Positions 1 to 12,479 of a DNA stretch of 64,000 bases are shown piece by piece; positions within the stretch are counted from its first letter, which is position 1, and the number at the start of each line of letters is the position of its first letter. The notes under the pieces are model-generated. The model had not been told where the DNA came from and ran no database searches. It saw only the letters and a program-made list of their open reading frames with translations. The stretch is from Escherichia coli (lineage in GTDB: Bacteria > Pseudomonadota > Gammaproteobacteria > Enterobacterales > Enterobacteriaceae): NCBI RefSeq assembly GCF_003018255.1, contig NZ_CP027440.1. The stretch is one strand, 5' to 3'. The translations under genes and the position numbers were made by a program.

Positions 1-601
1 CTTCAATATTAACCGCCGGAAAGCGCCGCAACTGTGCTTCTGTTAGCGGCTCTTCAACGTTCGCCAGCGGATGATCCGCCGCCATGACAAAGCGCCATTG
101 CACCGATCCTAAGGGATCAAGACTAAAGGTATTTGCCAGCGCCTCGGTTCCCGTGACGCCGATAGCCAGTGAAAAACCTTCGTATAATAGCGAATCCCAG
201 ACGCCCATATAGATTTGTCGGGAGATGTGAAATTGGGTAAACGGGTAACGTTCATTTAGCCACGCCAGCAGCCTGGCAACGGCCTGAGGGTTATAGAGCA
301 GGTTGTTGATGACGATATTCACCTGGCGTTCCACGCCATCATTCACCTGTTGTAACTCGCTGGGCATACTTTCCAGCCAGCTCAGCCAGTCTCTGGCCTG
401 ACAAAGTAGATGCTCGCCAGCCGCCGTCAACGTCACGCTACGAGTCGTACGGAAAAACAGCGCTACTCCGGTATTCTCTTCCAGAAGTTTAATGCGATAA
501 CTGATCGTCGCCGTGGTTTTACATAATCGTTCTGCCGCTTTTGAAAAACTTCCTGTTTCAGCAACCGCAATGAAAGTCCGCAAGGTTTCTGGATCGAACA
601 T
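1..601 (-). CDS. allS: LysR-type allantoin regulon activator AllS, N-terminal part only (C-terminus lies beyond the window start)
   Basis: Reverse-strand translation from ATG at 601-599 gives [26 protein letters not shown]..., a LysR HTH N-terminus; runs off the window edge so it is absent from the ORF track. Confidence 0.8.
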   Translation of the reverse strand, partial: MFDPETLRTFIAVAETGSFSKAAERLCKTTATISYRIKLLEENTGVALFFRTTRSVTLTAAGEHLLCQARDWLSWLESMPSELQQVNDGVERQVNIVINNLLYNPQAVARLLAWLNERYPFTQFHISRQIYMGVWDSLLYEGFSLAIGVTGTEALANTFSLDPLGSVQWRFVMAADHPLANVEEPLTEAQLRRFPAVNIE

Positions 602-830
602 CTTCAGGTATCCCCTTTTAAATCCGCAAGTTGCGTGATTTTCTTATCCTCTGATTTATCAGTATTTTTACATGATAACCCTGTTCAATTTGTGGACTAA
701 ATCTAGTTTTGGAAAAATATTCCAACTTTTGTATTGATGTTGTTCTCTTAAGGTTTTAGATTGCCTGTTATTGAAACCAAGCTGACCGGTCGGCGGTGGT
801 TGAACGGAATTATGTTACAAGGACAAAGAG
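602..830. promoter_or_regulatory. Divergent allS / allA control region
   Basis: AT-rich 229-bp intergenic between divergently oriented allS and allA; exact operator sites not resolved. Confidence 0.4.
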
Positions 831-1313
831 ATGAAACTTCAGGTATTACCGTTAAGTCAGGAAGCCTTTAGTGCTTATGGCGACGTAATCGAAACGCAGC
901 AACGGGATTTTTTCCATATTAACAATGGTCTGGTGGAGCGTTACCACGATTTGGCGCTGGTTGAGATTCTTGAGCAAGACCGTACGCTTATCAGCATTAA
1001 CCGCGCGCAACCGGCGAATCTGCCGCTGACCCTTCACGAACTCGAACGTCATCCGCTGGGTACTCAGGCCTTTATCCCGATGAAAGGTGAAGTGTTTGTG
1101 GTGGTCGTGGCGTTAGGTGACGACAAACCAGACCTGTCAACCCTGCGGGCGTTTATTACCAACGGTGAACAGGGAGTGAATTACCATCGTAACGTCTGGC
1201 ATCACCCACTTTTCGCCTGGCAGCGCGTCACCGATTTTCTGACCATCGATCGCGGCGGCAGTGACAACTGTGATGTTGAAAGTATTCCTGAACAGGAACT
1301 CTGTTTTTCGTGA
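831..1313 (+). CDS. allA: Ureidoglycolate lyase
   Basis: 160-aa ORF; sequence and position match AllA at the head of the allantoin cluster. Confidence 0.9.
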   Translation: MKLQVLPLSQEAFSAYGDVIETQQRDFFHINNGLVERYHDLALVEILEQDRTLISINRAQPANLPLTLHELERHPLGTQAFIPMKGEVFVVVVALGDDKPDLSTLRAFITNGEQGVNYHRNVWHHPLFAWQRVTDFLTIDRGGSDNCDVESIPEQELCFS

Positions 1314-1390
1314 CGCCTGCAACCGACTTGCATAAGATAAACGAATTGTTCATTGTTTATGCTCATTTGTAGGTCGGAGTTAACGTAGGT

Positions 1391-2206
1391 ATGACGGAAG
1401 TTAGACGGCGCGGCAGGCCAGGACAGGCGGAGCCTGTGGCACAGAAGGGTGCACAGGCGTTAGAGCGGGGAATTGCGATTCTGCAATATCTGGAAAAAAG
1501 TGGGGGAAGTTCGTCGGTTAGCGATATCTCTCTCAATCTGGATTTGCCGCTCTCCACGACCTTTCGCTTGCTGAAGGTTTTACAGGCAGCGGATTTTGTC
1601 TATCAGGACAGTCAGTTAGGCTGGTGGCATATAGGATTAGGTGTCTTTAACGTCGGTGCAGCGTACATCCATAACCGCGATGTACTCTCCGTCGCCGGGC
1701 CGTTTATGCGCCGCCTGATGTTACTTTCCGGCGAAACGGTCAATGTCGCGATCCGTAACGGCAATGAAGCGGTATTAATTGGTCAGTTAGAGTGTAAATC
1801 GATGGTCAGGATGTGTGCGCCGCTGGGCAGTCGTCTGCCGCTGCATGCTTCCGGTGCGGGCAAGGCGCTGCTTTATCCGCTGGCGGAAGAGGAGTTGATG
1901 AGCATCATTCTGCAAACCGGTTTGCAGCAGTTTACGCCAACTACGCTTGTGGATATGCCCACCTTGCTGAAGGACCTGGAACAAGCGCGTGAACTGGGCT
2001 ATACCGTAGATAAAGAAGAGCATGTTGTAGGCCTGAATTGCATAGCTTCAGCAATTTACGATGATGTAGGTAGTGTTGTTGCCGCTATCTCCATCTCCGG
2101 GCCTTCATCAAGACTGACAGAAGATCGTTTTGTCAGTCAGGGTGAGCTGGTCAGAGACACCGCCCGCGATATCAGCACGGCGTTGGGACTGAAAGCACAT
2201 CCATAG
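1391..2206 (+). CDS. allR: IclR-family allantoin repressor
   Basis: 271-aa ORF with N-terminal HTH and IclR effector domain; conserved synteny. Confidence 0.9.
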
Positions 2207-2295
2207 TGTCTGTCGCATCCCGCTCTGCGGAGCGGGTTTTTTTGACAAAATTTGAAAGTTGGAAAATTTTTCCAATTAATAGAGGTAGGAATAAA

Positions 2296-4077
2296 ATGGC
2301 AAAAATGAGAGCCGTTGACGCGGCAATGTATGTGCTGGAGAAAGAAGGTATCACCACCGCCTTCGGCGTTCCGGGAGCTGCAATCAATCCGTTCTACTCA
2401 GCGATGCGTAAGCACGGCGGTATTCGTCACATTCTGGCGCGTCATGTGGAAGGTGCTTCGCACATGGCGGAAGGTTATACCCGCGCAACGGCAGGGAATA
2501 TCGGCGTATGTCTGGGGACTTCCGGTCCTGCGGGCACGGACATGATCACCGCGCTCTATTCCGCTTCTGCTGATTCCATTCCTATTCTGTGCATTACCGG
2601 CCAGGCACCGCGCGCCCGTCTGCATAAAGAAGATTTTCAGGCCGTAGATATTGAAGCAATTGCTAAACCGGTCAGCAAAATGGCGGTTACAGTTCGTGAA
2701 GCGGCGCTGGTGCCTCGCGTGCTGCAACAGGCGTTTCACCTGATGCGTTCTGGTCGTCCGGGTCCGGTACTGGTGGATTTACCGTTCGACGTTCAGGTTG
2801 CGGAAATCGAGTTTGATCCTGACATGTACGAACCGCTGCCGGTCTACAAACCTGCTGCCAGCCGTATGCAGATCGAAAAAGCGGTAGAAATGTTAATTCA
2901 GGCCGAACGTCCGGTGATTGTTGCCGGGGGCGGGGTAATCAATGCTGACGCTGCTGCACTGTTACAACAGTTTGCTGAACTGACCAGCGTTCCGGTGATC
3001 CCAACGCTGATGGGCTGGGGCTGTATCCCGGATGACCACGAACTGATGGCCGGGATGGTGGGTCTGCAAACCGCGCATCGTTACGGTAACGCAACGTTGC
3101 TGGCGTCCGACATGGTGTTTGGTATCGGTAACCGTTTTGCGAACCGTCATACCGGTTCGGTAGAGAAATACACCGAAGGGCGCAAAATCGTTCATATCGA
3201 TATTGAGCCGACGCAAATTGGCCGCGTGCTGTGTCCGGATCTCGGCATTGTCTCTGATGCTAAAGCGGCGCTGACACTGCTGGTTGAAGTGGCGCAGGAG
3301 ATGCAAAAAGCGGGTCGTCTGCCGTGTCGTAAAGAATGGGTCGCCGACTGCCAGCAGCGCAAACGCACTTTGCTGCGCAAAACCCACTTCGACAATGTGC
3401 CGGTGAAACCGCAGCGCGTGTATGAAGAGATGAACAAAGCCTTTGGTCGCGATGTTTGTTATGTCACCACCATTGGTCTGTCACAAATCGCTGCGGCACA
3501 AATGCTGCATGTCTTTAAAGACCGCCACTGGATCAACTGTGGGCAGGCAGGCCCGTTGGGCTGGACCATTCCGGCGGCGCTGGGCGTGTGTGCCGCTGAT
3601 CCAGAGCGCAATGTGGTGGCGATTTCCGGTGACTTCGACTTCCAGTTCCTGATTGAAGAATTAGCCGTTGGCGCACAGTTCAACATTCCGTACATCCATG
3701 TACTGGTCAATAACGCCTATCTGGGGCTGATTCGCCAGTCGCAGCGCGCGTTTGATATGGATTACTGCGTACAGCTCGCGTTCGAAAATATTAACTCCAG
3801 TGAAGTGAACGGTTACGGCGTCGACCACGTAAAAGTAGCGGAAGGTTTAGGTTGTAAAGCGATTCGCGTTTTCAAACCGGAAGATATTGCACCAGCCTTT
3901 GAACAGGCGAAAGCCTTAATGGCGCAATATCGGGTACCGGTAGTCGTGGAAGTTATTCTCGAGCGTGTGACCAATATTTCGATGGGCAGCGAACTGGATA
4001 ACGTCATGGAATTTGAAGATATCGCCGATAACGCAGTGGACGCACCGACTGAAACCTGCTTCATGCACTATGAATAA
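2296..4077 (+). CDS. gcl: Glyoxylate carboligase (ThDP-dependent)
   Basis: ORF 2206-4077; start trimmed to ATG 2296 ([19 protein letters not shown]) after an AAGGA-like RBS, giving 593 aa. Confidence 0.9.
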   Translation: MAKMRAVDAAMYVLEKEGITTAFGVPGAAINPFYSAMRKHGGIRHILARHVEGASHMAEGYTRATAGNIGVCLGTSGPAGTDMITALYSASADSIPILCITGQAPRARLHKEDFQAVDIEAIAKPVSKMAVTVREAALVPRVLQQAFHLMRSGRPGPVLVDLPFDVQVAEIEFDPDMYEPLPVYKPAASRMQIEKAVEMLIQAERPVIVAGGGVINADAAALLQQFAELTSVPVIPTLMGWGCIPDDHELMAGMVGLQTAHRYGNATLLASDMVFGIGNRFANRHTGSVEKYTEGRKIVHIDIEPTQIGRVLCPDLGIVSDAKAALTLLVEVAQEMQKAGRLPCRKEWVADCQQRKRTLLRKTHFDNVPVKPQRVYEEMNKAFGRDVCYVTTIGLSQIAAAQMLHVFKDRHWINCGQAGPLGWTIPAALGVCAADPERNVVAISGDFDFQFLIEELAVGAQFNIPYIHVLVNNAYLGLIRQSQRAFDMDYCVQLAFENINSSEVNGYGVDHVKVAEGLGCKAIRVFKPEDIAPAFEQAKALMAQYRVPVVVEVILERVTNISMGSELDNVMEFEDIADNAVDAPTETCFMHYE

Positions 4078-4089
4078 GGGAGATAAATA

Positions 4090-4866
4090 ATGTTACGTTT
4101 CTCTGCTAATTTATCGATGTTATTTGGTGAATATGATTTTCTCGCCCGTTTTGAGAAAGCTGCGCAGTGTGGTTTTCGCGGCGTTGAATTTATGTTCCCT
4201 TATGACTATGACATTGAAGAATTAAAACAGGTGCTGGCGAGTAATAAACTCGAACATACGTTGCACAATTTACCGGCAGGTGACTGGGCGGCGGGCGAGC
4301 GGGGTATTGCTTGTATTCCTGGTCGTGAAGAAGAGTTTCGGGATGGCGTAGCAGCAGCGATTCGTTATGCTCGTGCGCTGGGTAATAAAAAAATTAACTG
4401 TCTGGTTGGTAAAACGCCGGCTGGTTTCAGCAGTGAACAGATTCACACAACGCTTGTAGAAAACCTGCGTTATGCCGCGAATATGCTGATGAAAGAAGAT
4501 ATTTTATTACTGATTGAACCTATCAACCATTTTGATATTCCTGGTTTCCATCTCACCGGAACTCGCCAGGCACTGAAACTGATTGACGATGTTGGTTGCT
4601 GCAATTTGAAAATTCAGTATGACATTTATCACATGCAGCGGATGGAAGGTGAATTAACTAATACCATGACTCAGTGGGCCGATAAAATTGGTCACCTGCA
4701 AATTGCTGATAATCCGCATCGCGGCGAACCGGGAACCGGAGAAATTAATTATGATTATCTCTTTACGGTAATCGAAAATTCTGACTACAACGGTTGGGTT
4801 GGGTGTGAATATAAACCCCAAACCACCACGGAAGCCGGTTTACGCTGGATGGATCCGTACCGTTAA
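4090..4866 (+). CDS. hyi: Hydroxypyruvate isomerase
   Basis: 258-aa TIM-barrel isomerase ORF directly downstream of gcl. Confidence 0.9.
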   Translation: MLRFSANLSMLFGEYDFLARFEKAAQCGFRGVEFMFPYDYDIEELKQVLASNKLEHTLHNLPAGDWAAGERGIACIPGREEEFRDGVAAAIRYARALGNKKINCLVGKTPAGFSSEQIHTTLVENLRYAANMLMKEDILLLIEPINHFDIPGFHLTGTRQALKLIDDVGCCNLKIQYDIYHMQRMEGELTNTMTQWADKIGHLQIADNPHRGEPGTGEINYDYLFTVIENSDYNGWVGCEYKPQTTTEAGLRWMDPYR

Positions 4867-4965
4867 AACGTAACGCTATTCAGACAATGCTTTTTTAGGC
4901 CGCTAAGTTGGCAGGGGATCGTGTTGTCTGAATTCAGGAAAAGCGAAATTTAAAAGAGGTTAATT

Positions 4966-5844
4966 ATGAAACTGGGATTTATTGGCTTAGGCATTATGGG
5001 TACACCGATGGCCATTAATCTGGCGCGAGCCGGTCATCAACTGCATGTCACAACCATTGGTCCGGTTGCTGATGAATTACTGTCACTGGGTGCCGTCAGT
5101 GTTGAAACTGCGCGCCAGGTAACGGAAGCAGCGGACATCATTTTTATTATGGTGCCGGACACACCACAGGTTGAAGAAGTTCTGTTTGGTGAAAATGGTT
5201 GTACCAAAGCCTCGCTGAAGGGCAAAACCATTGTTGATATGAGCTCCATTTCCCCGATTGAAACTAAGCGTTTCGCTCGTCAGGTGAATGAACTGGGCGG
5301 CGATTATCTCGATGCGCCAGTCTCCGGCGGTGAAATCGGCGCGCGTGAAGGGACGTTGTCGATTATGGTTGGCGGTGACGAAGCGGTATTTGAACGTGTT
5401 AAACCGCTGTTTGAACTGCTCGGTAAAAATATCACCCTCGTGGGCGGTAACGGCGACGGTCAAACCTGCAAAGTGGCAAATCAGATTATCGTGGCGCTCA
5501 ATATTGAAGCGGTTTCTGAAGCCCTGCTGTTTGCTTCAAAAGCCGGTGCAGATCCGGTACGTGTGCGCCAGGCGCTGATGGGCGGCTTTGCTTCCTCACG
5601 TATTCTGGAAGTTCACGGTGAGCGCATGATTAAACGCACCTTTAATCCAGGTTTTAAAATTGCGCTGCACCAGAAAGATCTCAACCTGGCACTGCAAAGT
5701 GCGAAAGCACTGGCGCTGAACCTGCCAAACACCGCGACCTGCCAGGAATTGTTTAATACCTGTGCGGCAAACGGTGGCAGCCAGTTGGATCACTCTGCGT
5801 TAGTGCAGGCGCTGGAATTAATGGCTAACCATAAACTGGCCTGA
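4966..5844 (+). CDS. glxR: Tartronate semialdehyde reductase
   Basis: 292 aa with N-terminal GxGxxG Rossmann motif (GFIGLGIMG); 3-hydroxyisobutyrate dehydrogenase family. Confidence 0.9.
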   Translation: MKLGFIGLGIMGTPMAINLARAGHQLHVTTIGPVADELLSLGAVSVETARQVTEAADIIFIMVPDTPQVEEVLFGENGCTKASLKGKTIVDMSSISPIETKRFARQVNELGGDYLDAPVSGGEIGAREGTLSIMVGGDEAVFERVKPLFELLGKNITLVGGNGDGQTCKVANQIIVALNIEAVSEALLFASKAGADPVRVRQALMGGFASSRILEVHGERMIKRTFNPGFKIALHQKDLNLALQSAKALALNLPNTATCQELFNTCAANGGSQLDHSALVQALELMANHKLA

Positions 5845-6013
5845 TACCCGCAATAAAAATGGCCGATATCAGAAAATGAATCGGCCAGCAATATTAAAAA
5901 AAGAAAGCAGCCAAAGATGTTGCTTCAGTATTAAAAATAATATTTTTATTTTATTTGTTCCTCATAGCTAGATTAAAAAGACGTTATTCGATACGTGAAA
6001 TTAAGAGGGATTT

Positions 6014-7468
6014 ATGGAACATCAGAGAAAACTATTCCAGCAACGCGGCTATAGCGAAGATCTATTGCCAAAAACGCAAAGCCAGCGGACCTGGAAAACA
6101 TTTAACTATTTTACCTTATGGATGGGTTCGGTTCATAACGTTCCCAATTATGTGATGGTCGGCGGCTTTTTTATTCTCGGCTTGTCTACCTTTAGTATTA
6201 TGCTGGCAATTATCCTCAGCGCCTTTTTCATTGCCGCGGTAATGGTATTAAACGGTGCTGCGGGCAGTAAATACGGTGTGCCTTTTGCCATGATCCTGCG
6301 TGCTTCTTACGGCGTACGTGGTGCACTGTTTCCCGGATTATTAAGAGGCGGGATTGCTGCCATTATGTGGTTTGGCCTGCAATGTTACGCTGGATCGCTG
6401 GCCTGCTTGATCCTGATTGGCAAAATCTGGCCGGGATTTTTAACTCTCGGTGGTGATTTCACGCTGTTAGGCCTTTCTCTACCGGGCTTAATTACTTTCT
6501 TACTCTTCTGGCTGGTCAACGTTGGTATTGGTTTTGGCGGTGGCAAAGTTTTAAATAAATTCACTGCCATTCTTAACCCGTGCATCTATATCGTTTTCGG
6601 CGGTATGGCGATTTGGGCGATTTCGCTGGTCGGGCTCGGTCCAATCTTTGACTACATTCCGAGCGGTATTCAGAAAGCAGAAAACAGTGGCTTCCTGTTC
6701 CTGGTGGTGATTAACGCGGTAGTTGCGGTCTGGGCGGCACCGGCGGTGAGCGCATCCGACTTTACGCAAAACGCCCACTCGTTTCGTGAGCAAGCGCTGG
6801 GGCAAACGCTGGGTTTAGTTGTGGCCTATATTCTGTTTGCGGTCGCCGGGGTATGTATTATTGCCGGAGCCAGTATTCACTACGGCGCTGATACCTGGAA
6901 CGTGCTGGATATTGTTCAGCGTTGGGACAGCCTGTTCGCCTCGTTCTTTGCGGTACTGGTTATTCTGATGACAACTATCTCCACTAACGCCACCGGTAAT
7001 ATTATTCCGGCCGGTTATCAGATTGCCGCTATTGCACCGACGAAACTGACCTATAAAAACGGCGTACTGATTGCCAGTATTATCAGCCTGCTGATCTGCC
7101 CGTGGAAATTAATGGAAAATCAGGACAGTATTTATCTGTTCCTCGATATTATCGGCGGGATGCTGGGTCCGGTAATTGGTGTCATGATGGCGCATTATTT
7201 TGTGGTGATGCGTGGGCAAATTAATCTTGATGAACTGTACACCGCACCTGGCGATTATAAATATTACGATAACGGTTTTAACCTCACTGCGTTTTCAGTA
7301 ACTCTGGTGGCCGTTATTTTATCTCTTGGCGGTAAGTTTATTTCCTTTATGGAACCGTTATCTCGTGTTTCATGGTTTGTCGGCGTCATCGTCGCCTTTG
7401 CGGCCTACGCCTTATTAAAGAAACGTACTACAGCAGAAAAAACAGGAGAACAAAAAGTCACAGGTTAA
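6014..7468 (+). CDS. ybbW: Allantoin permease (NCS1 family)
   Basis: 484-aa polytopic membrane ORF between glxR and allB. Confidence 0.85.
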   Translation: MEHQRKLFQQRGYSEDLLPKTQSQRTWKTFNYFTLWMGSVHNVPNYVMVGGFFILGLSTFSIMLAIILSAFFIAAVMVLNGAAGSKYGVPFAMILRASYGVRGALFPGLLRGGIAAIMWFGLQCYAGSLACLILIGKIWPGFLTLGGDFTLLGLSLPGLITFLLFWLVNVGIGFGGGKVLNKFTAILNPCIYIVFGGMAIWAISLVGLGPIFDYIPSGIQKAENSGFLFLVVINAVVAVWAAPAVSASDFTQNAHSFREQALGQTLGLVVAYILFAVAGVCIIAGASIHYGADTWNVLDIVQRWDSLFASFFAVLVILMTTISTNATGNIIPAGYQIAAIAPTKLTYKNGVLIASIISLLICPWKLMENQDSIYLFLDIIGGMLGPVIGVMMAHYFVVMRGQINLDELYTAPGDYKYYDNGFNLTAFSVTLVAVILSLGGKFISFMEPLSRVSWFVGVIVAFAAYALLKKRTTAEKTGEQKVTG

Positions 7469-7528
7469 TTAATCCCGATATTGAACATTGAGTTAAAAAA
7501 CCAATCTGTATTTTACAAGGAGTTTGTT

Positions 7529-8890
7529 ATGTCTTTTGATTTAATCATTAAAAACGGCACTGTTATTTTAGAAAACGAAGCTCGCGTTGTAGATATCGCC
7601 GTTAAAGGCGGAAAAATTGCTGCTATCGGTCAGGATCTGGGCGATGCAAAAGAAGTTATGGATGCGTCTGGTCTGGTGGTTTCGCCAGGCATGGTTGATG
7701 CGCACATCCATATTTCTGAACCGGGTCGTAGCCACTGGGAAGGTTATGAAACTGGTACTCGCGCAGCGGCAAAAGGTGGTATCACCACCATGATCGAAAT
7801 GCCGCTCAACCAGCTGCCTGCAACGGTTGACCGCGCATCGATTGAACTGAAGTTTGATGCCGCCAAAGGCAAGCTGACTATCGATGCGGCGCAACTCGGT
7901 GGCCTGGTGTCTTACAACATCGACCGTCTGCATGAGCTGGATGAAGTGGGCGTTGTCGGCTTCAAATGCTTCGTTGCGACCTGTGGCGATCGCGGTATCG
8001 ACAACGACTTCCGTGACGTCAATGACTGGCAGTTCTTCAAAGGTGCGCAGAAGCTGGGCGAACTGGGTCAGCCGGTGCTGGTGCACTGCGAAAACGCGCT
8101 GATCTGTGACGAACTGGGCGAAGAAGCGAAGCGTGAAGGTCGCGTAACCGCTCATGACTATGTGGCTTCGCGTCCGGTATTTACCGAAGTGGAAGCGATT
8201 CGCCGCGTGCTGTACCTGGCGAAAGTTGCCGGTTGCCGTCTGCACGTTTGCCATATCAGCAGCCCGGAAGGCGTTGAGGAAGTGACTCGTGCACGTCAGG
8301 AAGGTCAGGACGTTACTTGTGAATCCTGCCCGCATTACTTGGTACTGGATACCGATCAGTTCGAAGAAATCGGTACTCTGGCGAAGTGTTCACCGCCGAT
8401 CCGCGATCTGGAAAACCAGAAAGGCATGTGGGAAAAACTGTTTAACGGTGAAATAGACTGCCTGGTTTCCGACCACTCTCCATGCCCGCCGGAAATGAAA
8501 GCCGGTAACATCATGAAAGCGTGGGGCGGTATCGCTGGTCTGCAAAGCTGCATGGACGTGATGTTCGATGAAGCGGTACAGAAACGCGGAATGTCTCTGC
8601 CAATGTTCGGCAAATTAATGGCGACTAACGCAGCAGATATTTTCGGTCTGCAGCAAAAAGGCCGTATCGCCCCAGGAAAAGATGCCGACTTCGTCTTCAT
8701 TCAGCCGAATAGCAGCTATGTTCTTACCAATGACGATCTGGAATATCGCCACAAAGTCAGCCCGTATGTTGGCCGTACTATTGGCGCGCGTATCACGAAA
8801 ACCATCTTACGTGGTGATGTGATTTACGATATCGAACAGGGCTTCCCTGTTGCGCCGAAAGGTCAATTTATCCTTAAACATCAGCAGTAA
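7529..8890 (+). CDS. allB: Allantoinase
   Basis: ORF 7481-8890; start trimmed to ATG 7529 ([10 protein letters not shown]) after AAGGAG; amidohydrolase HxH metal motif ([10 protein letters not shown]). Confidence 0.9.
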   Translation: MSFDLIIKNGTVILENEARVVDIAVKGGKIAAIGQDLGDAKEVMDASGLVVSPGMVDAHIHISEPGRSHWEGYETGTRAAAKGGITTMIEMPLNQLPATVDRASIELKFDAAKGKLTIDAAQLGGLVSYNIDRLHELDEVGVVGFKCFVATCGDRGIDNDFRDVNDWQFFKGAQKLGELGQPVLVHCENALICDELGEEAKREGRVTAHDYVASRPVFTEVEAIRRVLYLAKVAGCRLHVCHISSPEGVEEVTRARQEGQDVTCESCPHYLVLDTDQFEEIGTLAKCSPPIRDLENQKGMWEKLFNGEIDCLVSDHSPCPPEMKAGNIMKAWGGIAGLQSCMDVMFDEAVQKRGMSLPMFGKLMATNAADIFGLQQKGRIAPGKDADFVFIQPNSSYVLTNDDLEYRHKVSPYVGRTIGARITKTILRGDVIYDIEQGFPVAPKGQFILKHQQ

Positions 8891-8939
8891 TCTGGCCCTG
8901 CAATGCCCGTCCTTGTGGCGGGCATTCTCCGGTTAAGGT

Positions 8940-10247
8940 GTGTTTATGTTCAATTTTGCAGTGGGCCGCGAAAGCCTGTTATCAGGATTTCAGTGGTTTT
9001 TCTTTATTTTTTGCAACACGGTTGTGGTTCCTCCTACGCTACTTTCTGCTTTTCAGTTGCCGCAAAGTAGCCTGCTTACGCTCACGCAATATGCTTTTCT
9101 TGCTACCGTACTGGCCTGCTTCGCTCAGGCGTTCTGCGGTCATCGTCGCGCTATTATGGAGGGGCCGGGCGGCCTGTGGTGGGGAACCATCCTGACTATC
9201 ACCCTTGGCGAAGCATCGCGCGGGACACCGATCAACGATATCGCTACCAGTCTGGCGGTGGGGATTGCGCTCTCCGGCGTGCTGACGATGTTGATTGGTT
9301 TTAGCGGATTAGGCCATCGCCTGGCACGGTTATTTACGCCGTCGGTGATGGTCTTGTTTATGTTGATGCTGGGTGCGCAACTGACCACTATCTTTTTCAA
9401 AGGTATGCTCGGGCTGCCGTTTGGCATAGCCGACCCGAATTTTAAAATTCAATTACCGCCGTTCGCGCTCTCGGTGGCGGTGATGTGCCTGGTACTGGCG
9501 ATGATTATTTTCCTGCCACAACGTTTTGCCCGTTACGGCCTGCTGGTCGGTACGATAACCGGCTGGTTGTTGTGGTACTTTTGCTTTCCTTCTTCGCATT
9601 CGCTCTCCGGTGAGTTGCACTGGCAGTGGTTCCCGCTCGGCAGTGGCGGTGCTTTGTCGCCGGGGATTATTCTGACGGCGGTGATTACAGGTCTGGTAAA
9701 TATCAGCAATACCTACGGTGCGATTCGGGGCACGGATGTTTTTTATCCGCAGCAGGGCGCGGGGAATACGCGTTATCGTCGCAGCTTTGTGGCGACCGGA
9801 TTTATGACACTGATAACCGTGCCGCTGGCAGTAATTCCATTTTCACCGTTTGTTTCATCCATTGGTTTATTAACCCAGACAGGCGATTACACGCGGCGTT
9901 CGTTTATTTATGGCAGCGTTATTTGCCTGCTGGTGGCACTGGTTCCGGCACTCACGCGACTGTTTTGCAGTATCCCTTTACCCGTGAGTAGTGCAGTCAT
10001 GCTGGTTTCTTATCTGCCTTTACTCTTTTCCGCGCTGGTGTTTAGCCAGCAAATAACCTTTACCGCTCGCAATATTTATCGACTCGCATTGCCGTTATTT
10101 GTCGGCATATTTTTAATGGCATTACCGCCTGTGTATCTGCAAGACCTTCCATTAACGCTGCGTCCTCTGCTCAGTAACGGCTTACTGGTCGGGATTTTAC
10201 TGGCTGTTCTTATGGATAATCTTATTCCGTGGGAACGCATCGAATAA
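8940..10247 (+). CDS. ybbY: Putative purine/uracil permease (NCS2 family)
   Basis: 435-aa polytopic membrane ORF; synteny. Confidence 0.8.
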   Translation: MFMFNFAVGRESLLSGFQWFFFIFCNTVVVPPTLLSAFQLPQSSLLTLTQYAFLATVLACFAQAFCGHRRAIMEGPGGLWWGTILTITLGEASRGTPINDIATSLAVGIALSGVLTMLIGFSGLGHRLARLFTPSVMVLFMLMLGAQLTTIFFKGMLGLPFGIADPNFKIQLPPFALSVAVMCLVLAMIIFLPQRFARYGLLVGTITGWLLWYFCFPSSHSLSGELHWQWFPLGSGGALSPGIILTAVITGLVNISNTYGAIRGTDVFYPQQGAGNTRYRRSFVATGFMTLITVPLAVIPFSPFVSSIGLLTQTGDYTRRSFIYGSVICLLVALVPALTRLFCSIPLPVSSAVMLVSYLPLLFSALVFSQQITFTARNIYRLALPLFVGIFLMALPPVYLQDLPLTLRPLLSNGLLVGILLAVLMDNLIPWERIE

Positions 10248-10268
10248 TTTGTTGAAAAAGGATTGATA

Positions 10269-11414
10269 ATGAAAATTGTCATTGCGCCAGACTCGTTTAA
10301 AGAGAGTTTAAGTGCAGAAAAATGTTGTCAGGCAATTAAAGCCGGGTTTTCGACCATATTTCCCGATGCGCACTATATCTGTTTGCCGATAGCGGATGGC
10401 GGCGAAGGGACGGTGGATGCGATGGTCGCCGCGACGGGCGGCAACATCGTGACGCTTGAAGTCTGCGGGCCGATGGGCGAAACAGTGAATGCTTTTTATG
10501 GCCTTACCGGCGACGGGAAAACGGCGGTGATTGAGATGGCGGCGGCAAGCGGCCTGATGCTGGTCGCGCCTGAAAAGCGTAATCCGTTGCTGGCGTCAAG
10601 TTTTGGCACCGGAGAGCTGATTCGTCATGCGCTGGATAACGGCATTCGCCATATTATTCTCGGCATTGGCGGCAGTGCGACGGTCGACGGCGGTATGGGC
10701 ATGGCGCAGGCGCTCGGTGTGCGTTTCCTTGATGCTGACGGTCAGGTGCTGGCGGCTAACGGCGGCAATTTAGCGCGCGTGGCAAGCATTGAGATGGATG
10801 AATTCGATCCGCGTCTGGCGAACTGCCATATTGAAGTCGCATGTGATGTTGATAACCCGCTGGTAGGGGCACGCGGCGCGGCGGCGGTGTTTGGTCCGCA
10901 AAAAGGGGCAACGCCGGAAATGGTCGAAGAACTGGAACAGGGGCTGCAAAATTACGCCCGTGTTTTACAACAGCAAACTGAAATCAACGTCTGCCAGATG
11001 GCGGGCGGCGGCGCTGCGGGCGGTATGGGCATTGCGGCGGCGGTATTCCTCAATGCGGATATTAAACCGGGTATTGAGATTGTGTTGAATGCGGTCAATC
11101 TGGCGCAGGCGGTGCAGGGTGCAGCACTGGTGATCACCGGGGAAGGGCGCATCGACTCGCAAACGGCAGGCGGTAAAGCTCCGCTGGGCGTGGCGTCGGT
11201 GGCGAAGCAGTTTAATGTCCCGGTGATTGGGATTGCTGGCGTATTGGGTGATGGCGTGGAAGTGGTGCACCAGTACGGCATTGATGCGGTATTCAGCATT
11301 TTGCCACGTCTGGCACCTTTAGCCGAAGTGCTCGCCAGCGGTGAAACCAATCTCTTCAACAGTGCGCGAAATATTGCCTGCGCCATTAAAATAGGTCAGG
11401 GAATTAAAAACTGA
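10269..11414 (+). CDS. glxK: Glycerate kinase II
   Basis: ORF 10263-11414 trimmed to ATG 10269 ([14 protein letters not shown]); glycerate kinase family. Confidence 0.9.
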   Translation: MKIVIAPDSFKESLSAEKCCQAIKAGFSTIFPDAHYICLPIADGGEGTVDAMVAATGGNIVTLEVCGPMGETVNAFYGLTGDGKTAVIEMAAASGLMLVAPEKRNPLLASSFGTGELIRHALDNGIRHIILGIGGSATVDGGMGMAQALGVRFLDADGQVLAANGGNLARVASIEMDEFDPRLANCHIEVACDVDNPLVGARGAAAVFGPQKGATPEMVEELEQGLQNYARVLQQQTEINVCQMAGGGAAGGMGIAAAVFLNADIKPGIEIVLNAVNLAQAVQGAALVITGEGRIDSQTAGGKAPLGVASVAKQFNVPVIGIAGVLGDGVEVVHQYGIDAVFSILPRLAPLAEVLASGETNLFNSARNIACAIKIGQGIKN

Positions 11415-11429
11415 CTATTACCTTTAAAG

Positions 11430-11500
11430 CGGATGCGATTTATATCGCATCTTTTTTTACCTGAATTGACTACAAAAAAAGCCACGGAATAAACCGTGGC
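11430..11500. terminator. Convergent intrinsic terminators between glxK and allE
   Basis: Hairpin gatgcgat-ttat-atcgcatc followed by T7 (plus strand); second hairpin gccacgg-aataaa-ccgtggc preceded by A7 (terminator for the minus strand). Confidence 0.6.
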
Positions 11501-11542
11501 AAAATCCAACATAGCTAAAAATAATCAGGCGAGTGGTATGAC

Positions 11543-12268
11543 TTAAATCTCTACGTCGCGGTTGCAATCTTTCGAGTAAATATAGCTGAACGCTTCACCA
11601 CGCCCTACGCCATAACCAGCCTGTAAAGAATAAGCGCCCATAAAGATGTAATCGCCTTTTTTCACCGGGATCCAGTTATTGTCGAGGTTATAAACCCCCT
11701 GACCGGAAAGAATATAGGCACCGTGTTCCTGAACGTGGGTTTCGATATAACCGTGGCTGGCACCTGGTGCAAAAGAGAGGATATGCATGTTCATATCAAA
11801 ACCTAACTCTTTGGGCAGAAAATCCAGCAGAATAACATCGTCCATGCCTTCATAATGAATGCGTTCCAGTTCGCTGGCATTGCCAGAAACCAGCCACGGC
11901 GCATGACCTTCTACCGGAATATAGCGACGCTTATATAAAAAGATTTGGCTGTCTTCGGCCTGGGCGTTAACAAACGTCATTAAGGAGCCTGGCGGGCAAT
12001 AAAGATAGCCACCTTCACTTAAGGTAAATGTTTTCCCTTCGGCTTTGGCAGTGATATTTCCAGAGATCACATACAGGAACGTTTCAATGCCTTCGCCACC
12101 GAAGCCCTGTTGGTTGCCGCCGTTTTGATGCAGTGTGACCAGATAATCAACAAAAGAGGCACCCAGCTTTGGCGTGGAGAGGATTGTCGCGTCACAATTT
12201 TCAAAGCCCGGAATAATATTTTTTACCAGACCGTCTGGTGTTAACAGTGCGAAATTACCGTGTTTCAC
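11543..12268 (-). CDS. allE: (S)-ureidoglycine aminohydrolase (cupin)
   Basis: 241-aa ORF from GTG at 12268; the in-frame upstream extension reads KGYLNNVTGYREDLLANRAI preceded by TAA, i.e. no ATG at the position of the longer annotated form I recall. Confidence 0.8.
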   Translation of the reverse strand: MKHGNFALLTPDGLVKNIIPGFENCDATILSTPKLGASFVDYLVTLHQNGGNQQGFGGEGIETFLYVISGNITAKAEGKTFTLSEGGYLYCPPGSLMTFVNAQAEDSQIFLYKRRYIPVEGHAPWLVSGNASELERIHYEGMDDVILLDFLPKELGFDMNMHILSFAPGASHGYIETHVQEHGAYILSGQGVYNLDNNWIPVKKGDYIFMGAYSLQAGYGVGRGEAFSYIYSKDCNRDVEI

Positions 12269-12453
12269 AATCGCACGGTTAGCCAGTAAATCTTCGCGGT
12301 AACCGGTGACGTTATTTAAATATCCCTTTTATCAAATAGTGTTTTTTGCTGTTTCATAATGTTTCAGGTCGTTCATTATGTTTTTGATTATCAACGGATT
12401 TGCCATTTTTCTTGTTTCAGCTTGTTTCACGTTGTAGCGCTTTGTGCAACGAT

Positions 12454-12479
12454 CGGTGTAGTTAATGGTGTAGTCAATT
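12454..12479. repeat. attL core of the satellite
   Basis: cggtgtagttaatggtgtagtcaatt identical to 26414-26439; imperfect similarity extends ~30 bp to the left on both copies. Confidence 0.8.

Noticed and set aside
7568-8335. 255-aa minus-strand ORF
   Set aside because: Entirely inside allB on the opposite strand; no independent coding signal
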